Virus record (IMG/VR): IMGVR_UViG_3300009678_000009
Location: 1-56,815 of that record
DNA: 56,815 bases
Direction: 5' to 3' (one strand)
Source: a virus
Taxonomy: Duplodnaviria; Caudoviricetes
Shown: in pieces, positions 18,976 through 29,400 of the stretch
Position numbering within the stretch: position 1 is the stretch's first letter
Layout: each line of letters begins with the position of its first letter
The notes under the pieces: generated by a model
What the model was told of the DNA's origin: nothing
The model's database searches: none
The model's input: only the letters and a program-made list of their open reading frames with translations
Position numbers and translations under genes: made by a program

Positions 18976-21746
18976 GAGTTGTCTCCAGTATTAACTAACC
19001 CAGCTTCTGCAAGTGCGACTTGTAAGATTCCCGCACTCCTGATTTGTTCTAAGTAGCCAAATTTCACACATTCTTCCATTGGGGTTTTTTCGTACTCCTC
19101 AGGGTCATAGTATGTTTGTGTGGTTTCTGCTAATCTTGCACATTGTTGCTCGTTGTCGCAAGAAAAAATTTCTAAATCATATGGTCTGCCTGAGTGCCAC
19201 TCACCCTCATAAAATGATCTCTCTTGCGGTAGTAGCTTATCAATATGCAAAACCGACTGTCTTGTTAGTTGCACATCCTCCCCTGCAAGAGTAATACATC
19301 TTTGTCGCGGAGGTTGGACAAGTGTTGTACCTGCCACATCTGTGCCAAAACCAAAGCTAACTTCTTCTACAGTATATTTTCTATCAGTTAGTTGCAAGTT
19401 AGCAAGTTTTAACATTTGCCCAGATGCGCGCGTTTTAAGTTTTTGATGGCAAGTTATCTCGGTGAGATAGTTTATAGTTGATGCCGTCACGGCTTGTATA
19501 TCGCCACCAAGCTCTTTTTGTTTCCTTAAAAAGTACTCAATGCTGTAATACACAGACGCATCTGGGGAGCTATATAGTTTTTGGCTTACAATAGACGCAT
19601 TATCAATCCCTCCAAACCTTGCCCACGCTGATTCAGTCTGTGACACGTCTAATTTAAGCAAATAATTTACAAACGACTGTAATAACACTTTTCTTGCCTT
19701 AGGGTCTTCTAGCCGTATTTGTATTGACCGCGAAAGTTGCTCTAGTCTTGATTTTCGTTCAGCCTTGATGTCAATAACAAGAAACCTGCGACTATTGTTG
19801 TCTTCAATTCTTAAACACTGCTTATCATTAGTTGAGACGATAAAATTGATTACAGATGGCTTGTAGCACTTATCTTGAAATTTCTTGTGAAGTGAAAAAA
19901 CAGGGTTTGTGATAATATTTTTAAAAGCATCCATTGACACCTTGCTTCTTTTAGTTTCTTCAAGTCCTCCGATGAACTTATTATCAAGCTCATCATTAAA
20001 CCCATCTAGGCTATTAAGCGTGACGACGCCCTTGTCGTTGCCATCAAGGATAAAAGATAAGACTTGTCTTACCGTGCTTTTACCGACACCTCCGTGAATA
20101 CAGGAAGTAAAAACAGGAACAGTTTGATTTCTTTTGTAGTTTTTGTTCGCAAGTCCGTGTACGAGATTTCTCATCCATATAGTTAAAAAAGCTAGTTCTT
20201 GCTTGGTATTACAGAGATTGATTAATAAGTCTCTAATGATTTTTGAATGCTCAAGCGACACTAAAGGGTCTACACGCGGTCTACTTTCTTCGTTATATGT
20301 GTTGATGTAGTCTGCTTCTGATAGTCCGTTGCCCTCAATGTAGTCTGGGATTTGCAATGGAGAAGGAGCGAAGATTAAACCGCCCCTTTTTCTTTCAATG
20401 TGCTGTATGATAAAATCAAATAAGCTAATAGTTGGGTAAGGGTTTATCACAAGACCGCTTTTTGTCTCTTTTGTTGTGTGAAAAATCTTCTCCGCAAAAT
20501 GAGCACTCGCCTTGCAGTCAGTAATTTTATAAAGCGCCTTCGTCTTGTTGCTATACCACATAGTCGAACATTGACCCACGCCGTACATAGTGGTTTCTGC
20601 CCATTCTGTTAAAGCCCTATAAACAGTTTTTCTTTTTTCTTGCACATAGTCATCGTCTATAGTCGCACTCCACTTATATCCGTATCTGGAAATCCACTCT
20701 TCAACTAGCTTTTCAATTGGGTCTTGCTCTACCAAGACTTGTAACGTTGGCAAGTATGCTGGCAAAAGAGTTGTTAATTGTTTGATGTAGTCCGCGGCAT
20801 TCATTCTGTTTAGGACTGGCGGTAACGCACCGTGCGACATAAGATAGTCGTTGTAATCATACCCCTTCTTAAAGCCGCCGTCTTCTCCTATTGGCTTCCC
20901 AGCCATCTCCAAGAAAAGAGTTGTGGGTTCAAGTTTATAGATGTTGCGGACGCAGTCAATTGTGGGCGAACTCCAGTTGCCAGTTTTTACAGAGGTGCAA
21001 ATATCTATATCCATTGCGACAAGTTTAGTTGCTTCACCATTACGGCGTGGCGCTAAGACATTTGCCAATAGCGATGATTGGCTTGCACAAGATACGACAT
21101 TTACCTTTCTTTTATGTGCAAGCCACAATGTAATTGCGGTAGCAATTCCCTCGCAATAAACATAGACGCTTGAATCTGAGACGGCGTCGAGAACTAAAGC
21201 AACACCGCCTGAAATTCTACTCCCAGTTTTCCATTTTTTACTGCTTCCTACTCGGTTGTCGTGAGTGATAATAGTTTGTTCGACTGTTTTATTTGTTACG
21301 ATGTTTGTGTATGTGCAAATTAGCATTTGAGTGCCTTGCTTTTTTATCAACTTAATTCCTTTAATTTCACTGGTAGTATTACTTAGAAATTGTGCAAGTT
21401 TCTTGCTTTTAAAGTAGCTTGATTCTAGTATGCACAACTCCTCCCACTGGTTTGATTTGCCCTTGAGGTCTACTTTGTCTATATATTTAAAAAAACTGAA
21501 AGTTTTGTTTTCCTCGCCTCTCGAGGTGTGAAAATTCTTTACAGTTATTGTGCCGTATTTTCTTTTGTCATCGCCTTGGTTGATAAACCAATGTATAGTG
21601 ACACCCTCATCAACAAGGTGTGGGCTGCTACCACTACTCGCTCTATTGATAAACAAAAAACTACTTATCCTTTTCTTGGTAATGGTGCTTAAATATTCGT
21701 TAATATCACTAAGCAGACGTTGAATATCTACATTCTGTGGAATCAT
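18972..21746 (-). CDS. Primase-helicase (TOPRIM primase fused to an SF3/DUF5906-type helicase)
   Basis: TOPRIM motifs YCEGIATA, AMDID, GYDYND; Walker A GGVGKST; FNDEL; NFIVSTND; SRRFLVI. Confidence 0.85.
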   Translation of the reverse strand: MIPQNVDIQRLLSDINEYLSTITKKRISSFLFINRASSGSSPHLVDEGVTIHWFINQGDDKRKYGTITVKNFHTSRGEENKTFSFFKYIDKVDLKGKSNQWEELCILESSYFKSKKLAQFLSNTTSEIKGIKLIKKQGTQMLICTYTNIVTNKTVEQTIITHDNRVGSSKKWKTGSRISGGVALVLDAVSDSSVYVYCEGIATAITLWLAHKRKVNVVSCASQSSLLANVLAPRRNGEATKLVAMDIDICTSVKTGNWSSPTIDCVRNIYKLEPTTLFLEMAGKPIGEDGGFKKGYDYNDYLMSHGALPPVLNRMNAADYIKQLTTLLPAYLPTLQVLVEQDPIEKLVEEWISRYGYKWSATIDDDYVQEKRKTVYRALTEWAETTMYGVGQCSTMWYSNKTKALYKITDCKASAHFAEKIFHTTKETKSGLVINPYPTISLFDFIIQHIERKRGGLIFAPSPLQIPDYIEGNGLSEADYINTYNEESRPRVDPLVSLEHSKIIRDLLINLCNTKQELAFLTIWMRNLVHGLANKNYKRNQTVPVFTSCIHGGVGKSTVRQVLSFILDGNDKGVVTLNSLDGFNDELDNKFIGGLEETKRSKVSMDAFKNIITNPVFSLHKKFQDKCYKPSVINFIVSTNDKQCLRIEDNNSRRFLVIDIKAERKSRLEQLSRSIQIRLEDPKARKVLLQSFVNYLLKLDVSQTESAWARFGGIDNASIVSQKLYSSPDASVYYSIEYFLRKQKELGGDIQAVTASTINYLTEITCHQKLKTRASGQMLKLANLQLTDRKYTVEEVSFGFGTDVAGTTLVQPPRQRCITLAGEDVQLTRQSVLHIDKLLPQERSFYEGEWHSGRPYDLEIFSCDNEQQCARLAETTQTYYDPEEYEKTPMEECVKFGYLEQIRSAGILQVALAEAGLVNTGDNS

Positions 21747-21792
21747 AAAGCACCTTATTTAAACAAAAACATTAATACAGCTTAAGCCAACA

Positions 21793-23433
21793 TCAGTGTA
21801 AAGCAAGTAGTCTTTCAACAGCATCAAACAATTCCTTCTTTCCTGTTGTGGCTTGCTTAAGCACACTGGAATGGGCTTTAAATAAACTTATTGGCTCATA
21901 AAATTTAGCTATCCTGTCCTCTTGTTTATAGCTAAGACGCTTTGAAAATTCAAAGCGTCTTAGCTTTTTTGAATCACGAAGTAGCATATTAATAGTTGGC
22001 TTTTTATCAAAACTAACTGTGTGTTGCACATTTTGACCGTTCTCCACTCCACGAACAACAAAAGTTAGTTTTGAAACAATGTTAGCAATCAAGCCTTTTG
22101 CAATGTCAATCTTTTCTTCGGCTGTTTCAGGGCTAAAAATAGCAACACTACCTTCCTTATACCGTGTGGCAATCGCATCTGGTTTAGAAACGCGACAGGC
22201 AGATGTGTCATTCTTTATCTTTGCTGAGTGATCGGCAGATTTAAACACAAAAGAGCCGTCAGCAAAATATATATTGTCCTTAATCCGCACGGCAGGCAAC
22301 CGTTGCACTTTCTGCAACCTGAGTTCAATTAACTTTTTTCTCCTATCCTGCTTGAGCTGTAAGATTTTTTGTCTCTCTTCTGCCTTCAACTTTGCAACTG
22401 ACTGCGTTAGCCTTTTCCAGTCACGCTCTTCGCTTGGGTGTCTATGTGCTAACATATTGCCTACTGCATCAAGTATCACGACTTGCTTGTCAAGTGACGG
22501 TTGCAGAGGACGAAAAACTTGTTGCAGATACATTGATAAACTCTTTGTTGGGCGGAACATAATTATGTTGTCAACAAAAGGGAAGTTAAGACCCTCGTTT
22601 AACATATTACAAGAAACAATATACTTACAATCGTTATGCTCAAATCGCGACATTATACTAGCGACCTCGTGCGGATTCATCATTGAGTGGGCAGTCCCAT
22701 AAAGGATACCTAATTCTTCTAGTACAGCTGTGCAAGTTTCAACGTGCTTAATGTCTGCACAGAATATTAAGCCCTTGCCACAACCATCCAAGCATTCATC
22801 TTTTAAGGCAAGTGCCATCTTTTCTGCGTCAACATATTTATGCACTACAGTCGCAGAGTAGTCAGTTGATGACAAGCCTCCATCCTCGTCAAGTTGTTTC
22901 CTGTCAATGTAGCAATTGTTATAGTAAGTAAAATCACTAATATGACCTTCTTTGATAAGTTCTGCAACAGATGGGCCGCAGATGGTGCGACTAAATGGTG
23001 CTTTGTTTTTCTGTAAGCCACCAAGATCGGAGCTAATAGAAAGCTTATCTACCCTTATTGGCGTGCCAGTAAAGCCGATCCTTCTTAGCGACTGTAGCCG
23101 TTCAAATATTTGCAAATAGCTAGCCCCACAACTTCTATGTGCTTCATCTACAATGAGTATGTATTTATCCTTATTTGGCTTCCAGCTTGACAGTATAAAT
23201 GACTGCCAAGTAAAAACGTATGTGCCAGCTGGCAAATTCTTCTTTAACTGTTCTACAAGTAGAATACTATGCGCTAAAATGATACTTTCTACGCCAAGAG
23301 CTTTGTAATGGCGAACAACGGCATCAATAATAACTGTTTTGCCAGCTCTTGGAAAGAGTTGAACTAGCACATTATCGCTACTGCACAGCAATTCATCAAC
23401 TAACACCTGTTGATAGTCTCGTAAAACAAACAT
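21793..23433 (-). CDS. Superfamily 2 (DExH) helicase
   Basis: LRDYQ, PRAGKT, IVDEAH, GFTGTP, LNEGLN, RPTKSLSMYLQQ; ATG 23433 likely start. Confidence 0.9.
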   Translation of the reverse strand: MFVLRDYQQVLVDELLCSSDNVLVQLFPRAGKTVIIDAVVRHYKALGVESIILAHSILLVEQLKKNLPAGTYVFTWQSFILSSWKPNKDKYILIVDEAHRSCGASYLQIFERLQSLRRIGFTGTPIRVDKLSISSDLGGLQKNKAPFSRTICGPSVAELIKEGHISDFTYYNNCYIDRKQLDEDGGLSSTDYSATVVHKYVDAEKMALALKDECLDGCGKGLIFCADIKHVETCTAVLEELGILYGTAHSMMNPHEVASIMSRFEHNDCKYIVSCNMLNEGLNFPFVDNIIMFRPTKSLSMYLQQVFRPLQPSLDKQVVILDAVGNMLAHRHPSEERDWKRLTQSVAKLKAEERQKILQLKQDRRKKLIELRLQKVQRLPAVRIKDNIYFADGSFVFKSADHSAKIKNDTSACRVSKPDAIATRYKEGSVAIFSPETAEEKIDIAKGLIANIVSKLTFVVRGVENGQNVQHTVSFDKKPTINMLLRDSKKLRRFEFSKRLSYKQEDRIAKFYEPISLFKAHSSVLKQATTGKKELFDAVERLLALH

Positions 23434-23461
23434 ATTTTTAAAAAAAGGCAATAAAATACAC

Positions 23462-23487
23462 AGTGGGATACTTTGTAGTATCCCACT
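23462..23487 (-). terminator. Stem-loop, possible terminator/attenuator
   Basis: AGTGGGATACT-TTGT-AGTATCCCACT, perfect 11-bp stem. Confidence 0.55.
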
Positions 23488-23515
23488 AAGCCACTATTTT
23501 ATCAGTATGGGGACT

Positions 23516-24382
23516 TTATCTAAAAGCCTCAAGCACTTCACCAGTCACTCCATCTATAGAAGGAAGATCTCCATTTTCTTTGCCTTCAATCAATGTAAAA
23601 TCGCCTGTATTTGCTGAAATGCAAGCTGGTGGATAAATCTTAAACCCAGTTGACACCTTGTTATAAAACCCCGTACCGCTCTCAAAGCGGACTTTAGAGA
23701 AGTCGCTTAAGCGGTATACTACTGGGCATCCTGTTTGTTCATCTAGCACCGATATCATTTCTTCGTCTTCAACTAGAAACTTCTGCCCTTGAAGCCTCCT
23801 CACAACCGCATAGTTGGCATTCGTTTCATTGAAGCAAGGAGCGTATTTTTTATGAAATTTAAAAAAACCCTCAGTAGAGTCACTAATCTTAATTACCAAA
23901 TGTCCGTCCAAATCCTCGTCCGTAAGAGCAGTGTTCGTTTCAACGCCATAAATCGCTTCTGCATATTTTTTAGAACGCCAAGCAGAGCCCTCTTTCGCAT
24001 CATTAATAGAACGTCTAAATGTCCTAGTTGGTTTTTGTGTAGCTTCAAAATAAACGTCAAAGAAATTTTTGCGAAAATACGTAGCCTTTAGTGCTACGTC
24101 CTCGATCTTGTCGTAGGCATCTAGCTTTTTCTTTACCTCTGGAATGCCAGTTGCCGTGCCTCTTGCTACTTCAAGCAATGTTTCAGTTAATGCATTCATA
24201 TTAGCATCCGTCATTTTTACCAAAACATAAAATGAAATGGCTAGTCCTCCCTTTTTGTGAGGATGTATTGGGCAGATAGAGTGGTCTGCTAAGATCGTAG
24301 CGTCCATAAACCTTAAGTAAGCCTTCTTTTTGCCAGACGATAAGGTTGTTATCCTGCTAACCAATTTTGTCTCAATTGCCAT
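23516..24382 (-). CDS. Hypothetical replication protein, possibly ssDNA-binding (DUF2815/gp2.5-like by position)
   Basis: 288 aa between VRR-NUC and helicase; acidic tail; function is positional inference only. Confidence 0.4.
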   Translation of the reverse strand: MAIETKLVSRITTLSSGKKKAYLRFMDATILADHSICPIHPHKKGGLAISFYVLVKMTDANMNALTETLLEVARGTATGIPEVKKKLDAYDKIEDVALKATYFRKNFFDVYFEATQKPTRTFRRSINDAKEGSAWRSKKYAEAIYGVETNTALTDEDLDGHLVIKISDSTEGFFKFHKKYAPCFNETNANYAVVRRLQGQKFLVEDEEMISVLDEQTGCPVVYRLSDFSKVRFESGTGFYNKVSTGFKIYPPACISANTGDFTLIEGKENGDLPSIDGVTGEVLEAFR

Positions 24383-24463
24383 ATAAAAGAATATTAATTG
24401 TTATAAATGTAAAATACTTACGAGCAATAATATTGCACACAAATATTATTAGTCAAATACTTT

Positions 24464-24904
24464 TTAAATAATGTTTAAGTATTCCATTGTCTCCAAAACG
24501 ATTGGCAGGACTGCCTTTTCAATTTCTACTCTTGATGTCCTCTTAAGGTTGCTTGGCTCTTCTAAGACTAAGACACTATGTCCAAGCTTGGCTAAGTCAC
24601 GATGGCAAGCTTTTTGTGCGGATGATAAGCCAGAGACAGACAAGCCAGTAGCTTTCATCTCAATAAAAGCTACTCTTCCCTCATAAACAACGACAAGGTC
24701 TGGTATGCCAGCCAAGCAACCCATCGCCTTGTTAATCGCACCGCGAACTAAACCTTTTGCATTGTTGTTCACAGAAAAAATCAATGGCTCTGGCTTAAGT
24801 TTCTTTGCCTCGCGGCGGAAGAGGACAACAAAGTCGGCTTGGAACGCCGCCTCGTTACGCTTTCTTCTTGGTGGTTTTTTTACTACCGATTTTTTTAAGC
24901 GCAT
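24464..24904 (-). CDS. VRR-NUC domain nuclease
   Basis: NEAAFQ...GCLAGIPDL...FIEMK...LSSAQ motif set. Confidence 0.85.
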   Translation of the reverse strand: MRLKKSVVKKPPRRKRNEAAFQADFVVLFRREAKKLKPEPLIFSVNNNAKGLVRGAINKAMGCLAGIPDLVVVYEGRVAFIEMKATGLSVSGLSSAQKACHRDLAKLGHSVLVLEEPSNLKRTSRVEIEKAVLPIVLETMEYLNII

Positions 24905-25184
24905 ATGTCATAGTATCTTTAGTAAACATAGCAATAATATCAGGCGAAGTTTTTAAGGCTTCCATTTTAGCTTTAGAGATAATAGACTCTTCCCATAAAA
25001 TATCCCTGCTTATGCCTTTTGCTACTAGGTCATCATATACACACGGTGACATAACTTGTACATTGCATTCCTTGTAAATACGAGTCAAGCCTTCTATCTC
25101 AGGCAACGCTCTGATATCGGCAATAAACTTCTTTAAAGCTGCGTGGTTAGAAATAACTTCAACCAGTAATTCATTATCTATCAT
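24855..25184 (-). CDS. Hypothetical protein, weakly resembling the C-terminal part of the upstream nuclease
   Basis: VISNHAALKKFI..IEGL compared with IVLNSTRLTNLV..VEGL. Confidence 0.5.
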   Translation of the reverse strand: MIDNELLVEVISNHAALKKFIADIRALPEIEGLTRIYKECNVQVMSPCVYDDLVAKGISRDILWEESIISKAKMEALKTSPDIIAMFTKDTMTYALKKIGSKKTTKKKA

Positions 25185-25200
25185 AACAGAAAAATATTAA

Positions 25201-26307
25201 TTAACAATTATCCTCTTGCTCTTCGCACTCTTCAAAATCCTCATCCTCAAGCCAGTGATTTTTATTACTTGGTTTTGAAACTACATCAATGTATTGTCCA
25301 ATTAGTTGTCTGCCAAAGCGCGAAATAAGACCTGTCATACTGAGTGGTTTTGTGCTAGTGAGACCAAGAAGCTTGGCTTTTGCAATATTGTCTTCAGTTT
25401 GGTCGATAGTATTTCTTGTGCTTTCTATAAGCTCAAGTCCTTCAACCACACTCTTGCCCGCTAAGATGCTTTCTTGTTTCTTAATCGCTTCAATTGTTTT
25501 AACAAGATTAGTAAGTCTTGTACTGTTTAATACGATCCAAGCTAAGTCTGATTGCTTTGCGTTGCCAGCTTTGTATTCTTCCATAATTGTTAGTAATCTT
25601 TGTAAGTCGCTTTGCGTGGCAGAACACTCGAGTTTAAATGGGCAATACTGGCAGTGATTGCCTCGCGTTGGTGTTTTGCTGATTTGACGAACTAAAGCCG
25701 TCTTGAGGTTTTGTATTGCATTGTCAAGATCGTAGAACCAAGAGATCCTGCCTTTCTGCAAAACAGCAACCTTACTGCCTTCAATTTTAAAACCTTGGAC
25801 TGTTGACGCACACAGAAGGGCGTAAGCGATTAGCTGCGTTGCGTTTGGCTCTACTTGCACGTGTCCAGTCTTTAAGTCAACAATGTGGCAAGAGCCATCA
25901 GGAAGCCTGAACATTATGTCAATATGTCCTTCCAGTAAAGTACCATCTTCAAGAACAGTTGCGTATTTTTCCTCAATGTAATACTCCGTCCCTTCTGGTA
26001 GAATTTTAGCGTAAGCCTCTAACGCGAATAAATCTTCCGCATCTTTTATTGAGAGTTCGATGCTTCCGTCGTTTACTTCTTTAAGTCTTCTTGCCTCTTT
26101 TTGCAATTCGTCACACGCGCTTTTAACAATCTTACCCTCAGGTAGGCGACTAATGAAATAAGAAAAAAGAGAAAAGTGTGATGCAGTCCCTTTCTCGGCA
26201 AAGCTTGTCTCTAACTTTGCTAATTTAGTTCCACATCTCGTGAGATGCAGAGCAAGATCGCAGTTTACTAAATTGCTTGTAGCCGAAGCACGGATTGATA
26301 TAGCCAT
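25201..26307 (-). CDS. PD-(D/E)xK exonuclease, DUF2800/Cas4-like
   Basis: RASA..C, KGTASH, IEEK, GHID, IVDLKTG, QLIAYA, HCQYCPFKLEC (Fe-S type Cys). Confidence 0.85.
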   Translation of the reverse strand: MAISIRASATSNLVNCDLALHLTRCGTKLAKLETSFAEKGTASHFSLFSYFISRLPEGKIVKSACDELQKEARRLKEVNDGSIELSIKDAEDLFALEAYAKILPEGTEYYIEEKYATVLEDGTLLEGHIDIMFRLPDGSCHIVDLKTGHVQVEPNATQLIAYALLCASTVQGFKIEGSKVAVLQKGRISWFYDLDNAIQNLKTALVRQISKTPTRGNHCQYCPFKLECSATQSDLQRLLTIMEEYKAGNAKQSDLAWIVLNSTRLTNLVKTIEAIKKQESILAGKSVVEGLELIESTRNTIDQTEDNIAKAKLLGLTSTKPLSMTGLISRFGRQLIGQYIDVVSKPSNKNHWLEDEDFEECEEQEDNC

Positions 26308-26459
26308 ATGTTATAAATATAAATAAACACACAACCAGTATTTATTTATATTTATATTAGTCAAATGATTTTTAAATGATTTGTCAAATCAAAGATGCGG
26401 TTGATAGGAATGATGCTTCCTCTTTTTTGGCTGGGCAAACTCGCTTTGGTTCTGTCGCT

Positions 26460-26633
26460 TTATTGCTCATCTTTTTCCGCTTTTTTATTTGCTTTTATTC
26501 TATGGTATGATGCTATGGAAATAGATCTTCTTCTCGCCATAAACAATGGATCGTGTTTCATTTTATTGTAAAAGCGTTTTGCATTTTCTGCTAATCTCGT
26601 TTTTCTATCAACAGTGCTTTTTCGTCTAGCCAT
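26460..26633 (-). CDS. Small basic protein (possible nucleic-acid binder)
   Basis: MARRKSTVDRK..., K/R-rich; upstream TTGACT-N16-TATAGT at 26750-26723. Confidence 0.5.
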   Translation of the reverse strand: MARRKSTVDRKTRLAENAKRFYNKMKHDPLFMARRRSISIASYHRIKANKKAEKDEQ

Positions 26634-27215
26634 TGTAACTAAGATTACAGTAAAAACCACTCGATGTTGGCGACAGTTAGTTTTTCTGTGCGTCCACTTA
26701 CTTTGAACTCGCCAACTCCCTTACTATATAAAAGTTTACTGTATAGTCAAGTAAAATCATCTCCCCCCAGCACCTTAGTAATGCTGTGTTTATCATCAAC
26801 TGTTTCTGTCATAAATAGATTGTATCGCTAGAATTAAGTCGCGGTAAGGAGTATTAAATCCCACAAGCTGGAGGTCTTCTATTAATTAGATTAAACGAGA
26901 GTTCAGACCGCGACAAGGATTGTACTACATACTTCTATTTGTAATGTCAAGCAAAAGTGGAAGCTACTCAACCATTTCCAAAATGGAAACAGTTCATTCA
27001 AAATCCCCAGCTAAGAGACTTTCAGGAAAAACCGAAAAGTCTTTGTCAGCTAGCAAAATCTCTTGACAATTAACACAGCACAATGCGATACTATATTCGC
27101 ATTGTTGCGGGAAGTTAAAGACTTTCTTGTAGGTGTTATGAATAGAGGTTTGACCCTGTTCACAGCACCTACAACGTTTGCTATGGCGTAATATAGCGAG
27201 GTTTGCCAGCGCCTG

Positions 27216-27512
27216 TCAACGTAAGCTGGCAAGGTTTCGTTGACGTTTCTGCTGCTTATATGTTTTTAAAAGTATCACTTCTTTTGGGTTTACTTCTGCC
27301 AACTCACATAAACATAAAAATTCTTGGCTGTCTAAGCTAATCCAATCTTCCGCATCCTTCTTAAGCTTCATTGCATCGCATCTTTTGCTTTTAGACACAC
27401 AGTCTGCTATTGCTTGGTCTATAACGCATCTAAGCAGTGTTTGTGCAGGGTTTCTAGCATTGCCTTGAGAAAAGCGCAAATTGTTTTTAATAATTTTACA
27501 CTTTTTAGCCAT
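27216..27512 (-). CDS. Conserved-looking hypothetical protein (LLxxVIxQAxxD...AxxW...FxxLCxLA..P pattern)
   Basis: Pattern recalled from small phage/alphaproteobacterial hypothetical proteins; ATG 27512 likely start. Confidence 0.55.
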   Translation of the reverse strand: MAKKCKIIKNNLRFSQGNARNPAQTLLRCVIDQAIADCVSKSKRCDAMKLKKDAEDWISLDSQEFLCLCELAEVNPKEVILLKTYKQQKRQRNLASLR

Positions 27513-27566
27513 AAACAACAATGTTAATTCAAACACAAGACTGCTTTTGAATTTTTACTAATCAAG

Positions 27567-28475
27567 TTAAAACAACATCTGCTGTGCAATTTTGTAGTTC
27601 GTTATAAGGTATTCGTTTCTTGGATTAGTGCTACTTCCTGCATCGCCTGTTGTATCAATCTGTATTTTGTTGAGATTGTGCTTTTCTATTAACGTATCAA
27701 TGATCGGATGCTTACAGCACTCACTTATAGCAAAGCGCACGCCATAGTCTACTAGCGTTGCGAACAGCTCTTCTGCGTCTTGAGGCTTCCAATGTTTGCC
27801 GTATAACTTTGCTTCTGTGTTCAAATAAGGTGGATCGCAATAGATAAAGGCCTGTTCTTTTGTTTTGCATAGCTTTTCTCCGTTTTTAACCTGCTTATTC
27901 TTGCTAGCGTTAGCAAATACAATTGCGTCCAAAAACTCTTTGTATCCAAGGTTGTAAAATACTGGAACTTTGATGTATTCATTTGCTAGGAAGGCTTTGA
28001 CTTTTGCAACATCTGTGAGGTTGCTTGTGTGGGTACTAGGGCTGTTGCAGAAATTGCTACCGCGACGCATAAGCGACCAGTTAAGCTTTATCCAAAAGCC
28101 AACAGCGCGCTTTACTAGCTCGGCGTCATCTTCACCAGCGCCGCGTGTATCGTCAAAAAAGAAATCATCTTTTGTATACTGCACATAATAGTCGTACAGC
28201 GTTTGGCATCTTGGTATCGTTTCAATGATGTCTTCAAACTCCATAGACAACCTTGGGTCTTGGCAAACCATAAACAGGTTAATAACGTTGCTGTTTATAT
28301 CGTTTAGCACGTTCACCTTTGCCAGTGGCTTGTTCAAATACAGTCCAAGACCGCCTGCGAATGGCTCAATGTAGGTATGATGCTTTGGGAAGTGCTTGAT
28401 TAATTCTTTGGCAATATACCGCTTAGAACCCTCGTATGGTATTATTGATGACTTCTCTTGTTGTCTAATGCTCAT
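27567..28475 (-). CDS. DNA adenine methyltransferase, Dam/D12 class
   Basis: PYEGSKR, YIEPFAGG, LNDIN, YCDPPY, EYLITNY; ATG 28475 likely start. Confidence 0.9.
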   Translation of the reverse strand: MSIRQQEKSSIIPYEGSKRYIAKELIKHFPKHHTYIEPFAGGLGLYLNKPLAKVNVLNDINSNVINLFMVCQDPRLSMEFEDIIETIPRCQTLYDYYVQYTKDDFFFDDTRGAGEDDAELVKRAVGFWIKLNWSLMRRGSNFCNSPSTHTSNLTDVAKVKAFLANEYIKVPVFYNLGYKEFLDAIVFANASKNKQVKNGEKLCKTKEQAFIYCDPPYLNTEAKLYGKHWKPQDAEELFATLVDYGVRFAISECCKHPIIDTLIEKHNLNKIQIDTTGDAGSSTNPRNEYLITNYKIAQQMLF

Positions 28476-28479
28476 AAAC

Positions 28480-28863
28480 TCAAGACTCTGATAATAACAC
28501 AAACGCAATACCTTTGTCATCTCCCTCAACTATTGCATATTTTTTTACTTTCTTGCTACCATCTGCGTTTGTAATATTGATGCAAAACTCATTTCCTATA
28601 CGCACCTCGCAACACACAGAGCCATCAGCGAGATACAGTCTAGTGAAAATGAGGTTTTTGTCCTTATCATAAAAGTGTGAGACGGCGACGCCTTTGTCTT
28701 TTAATAGCTTTTTTTCGCGCCACGAGTTTATTGTTTCCATAACAAGTAAAGTGCAAACAATGCCTATTACGTACTTGCCAACGTACTTGCTAGAACAGCA
28801 AAGCCACACAAGAAAAAAAATCACTGCTAATTCGCCGCACAGAACGACAATTTTGTTCACCAT
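28480..28863 (-). CDS. Membrane protein (2 N-terminal TM segments)
   Basis: Two hydrophobic stretches at the N-terminus; ATTATTT-ATG start. Confidence 0.6.
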   Translation of the reverse strand: MVNKIVVLCGELAVIFFLVWLCCSSKYVGKYVIGIVCTLLVMETINSWREKKLLKDKGVAVSHFYDKDKNLIFTRLYLADGSVCCEVRIGNEFCINITNADGSKKVKKYAIVEGDDKGIAFVLLSES

Positions 28864-29393
28864 AAATAATAATTTTTAAAAAATTGTACACACCTTGCAA
28901 GCCAAGTAGGTTTTGCTGGAGGTTTTGCTGGAGGGTATTTTGGCTCAATAAGCACTGATTCAAGCATACTAACTCCTTTTGGCGAGAACTCATCGTACAT
29001 ACCGTAGAAAATTATGATTATCTTGCAAGGTTGGTATTCCTCTCTAAAATATGTAGTGAAGTGTGTAGTAAACATAGGCAACAATGTCTCATAATGCCTT
29101 TTGTCCCAAACTTTCACCTTTATGAGGAACTCCCCACAAGTCACCACCTCTGTCCAGTCGTCTGGGTGTGCTGGTCTGAGTTGTAGTACAGGCATACGGC
29201 TTGCGTAGAGTCGCTCTCTTACTTCTCTGGCACTGTCAACGTCAACAATCCAATCAAACACTCCATCACGCCAAGACTTCGTTCGCTCGTCCATAAAATC
29301 AGTCATAACGTCGTTGTATATGTCGGTTATATGCCCGTAAGTTCCGCCAAATACACCATCTGCTTTAAACAACTTAGCATAAGCCCTTACCAT
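28857..29393 (-). CDS. Hypothetical protein
   Basis: 178 aa; linker-type start ATAGATTATTT-ATG. Confidence 0.65.
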   Translation of the reverse strand: MVRAYAKLFKADGVFGGTYGHITDIYNDVMTDFMDERTKSWRDGVFDWIVDVDSAREVRERLYASRMPVLQLRPAHPDDWTEVVTCGEFLIKVKVWDKRHYETLLPMFTTHFTTYFREEYQPCKIIIIFYGMYDEFSPKGVSMLESVLIEPKYPPAKPPAKPTWLARCVQFFKNYYLW

Positions 29394-29400
29394 AAATAAT

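Noticed and set aside
21793-23433. Helicase inactivated (PRAGKT; motif VI QQVFRPLQ)
   Set aside because: I recall similar PRxGKT and non-GR motif VI variants in a phage helicase subfamily; all other motifs are intact
25201-26307. Cas4-like gene implying a CRISPR system
   Set aside because: No other cas genes and no repeat-spacer array; DUF2800-type nucleases are ordinary phage genes
26838-26914. tRNA gene
   Set aside because: The ends pair, but no D, anticodon or T arms can be formed
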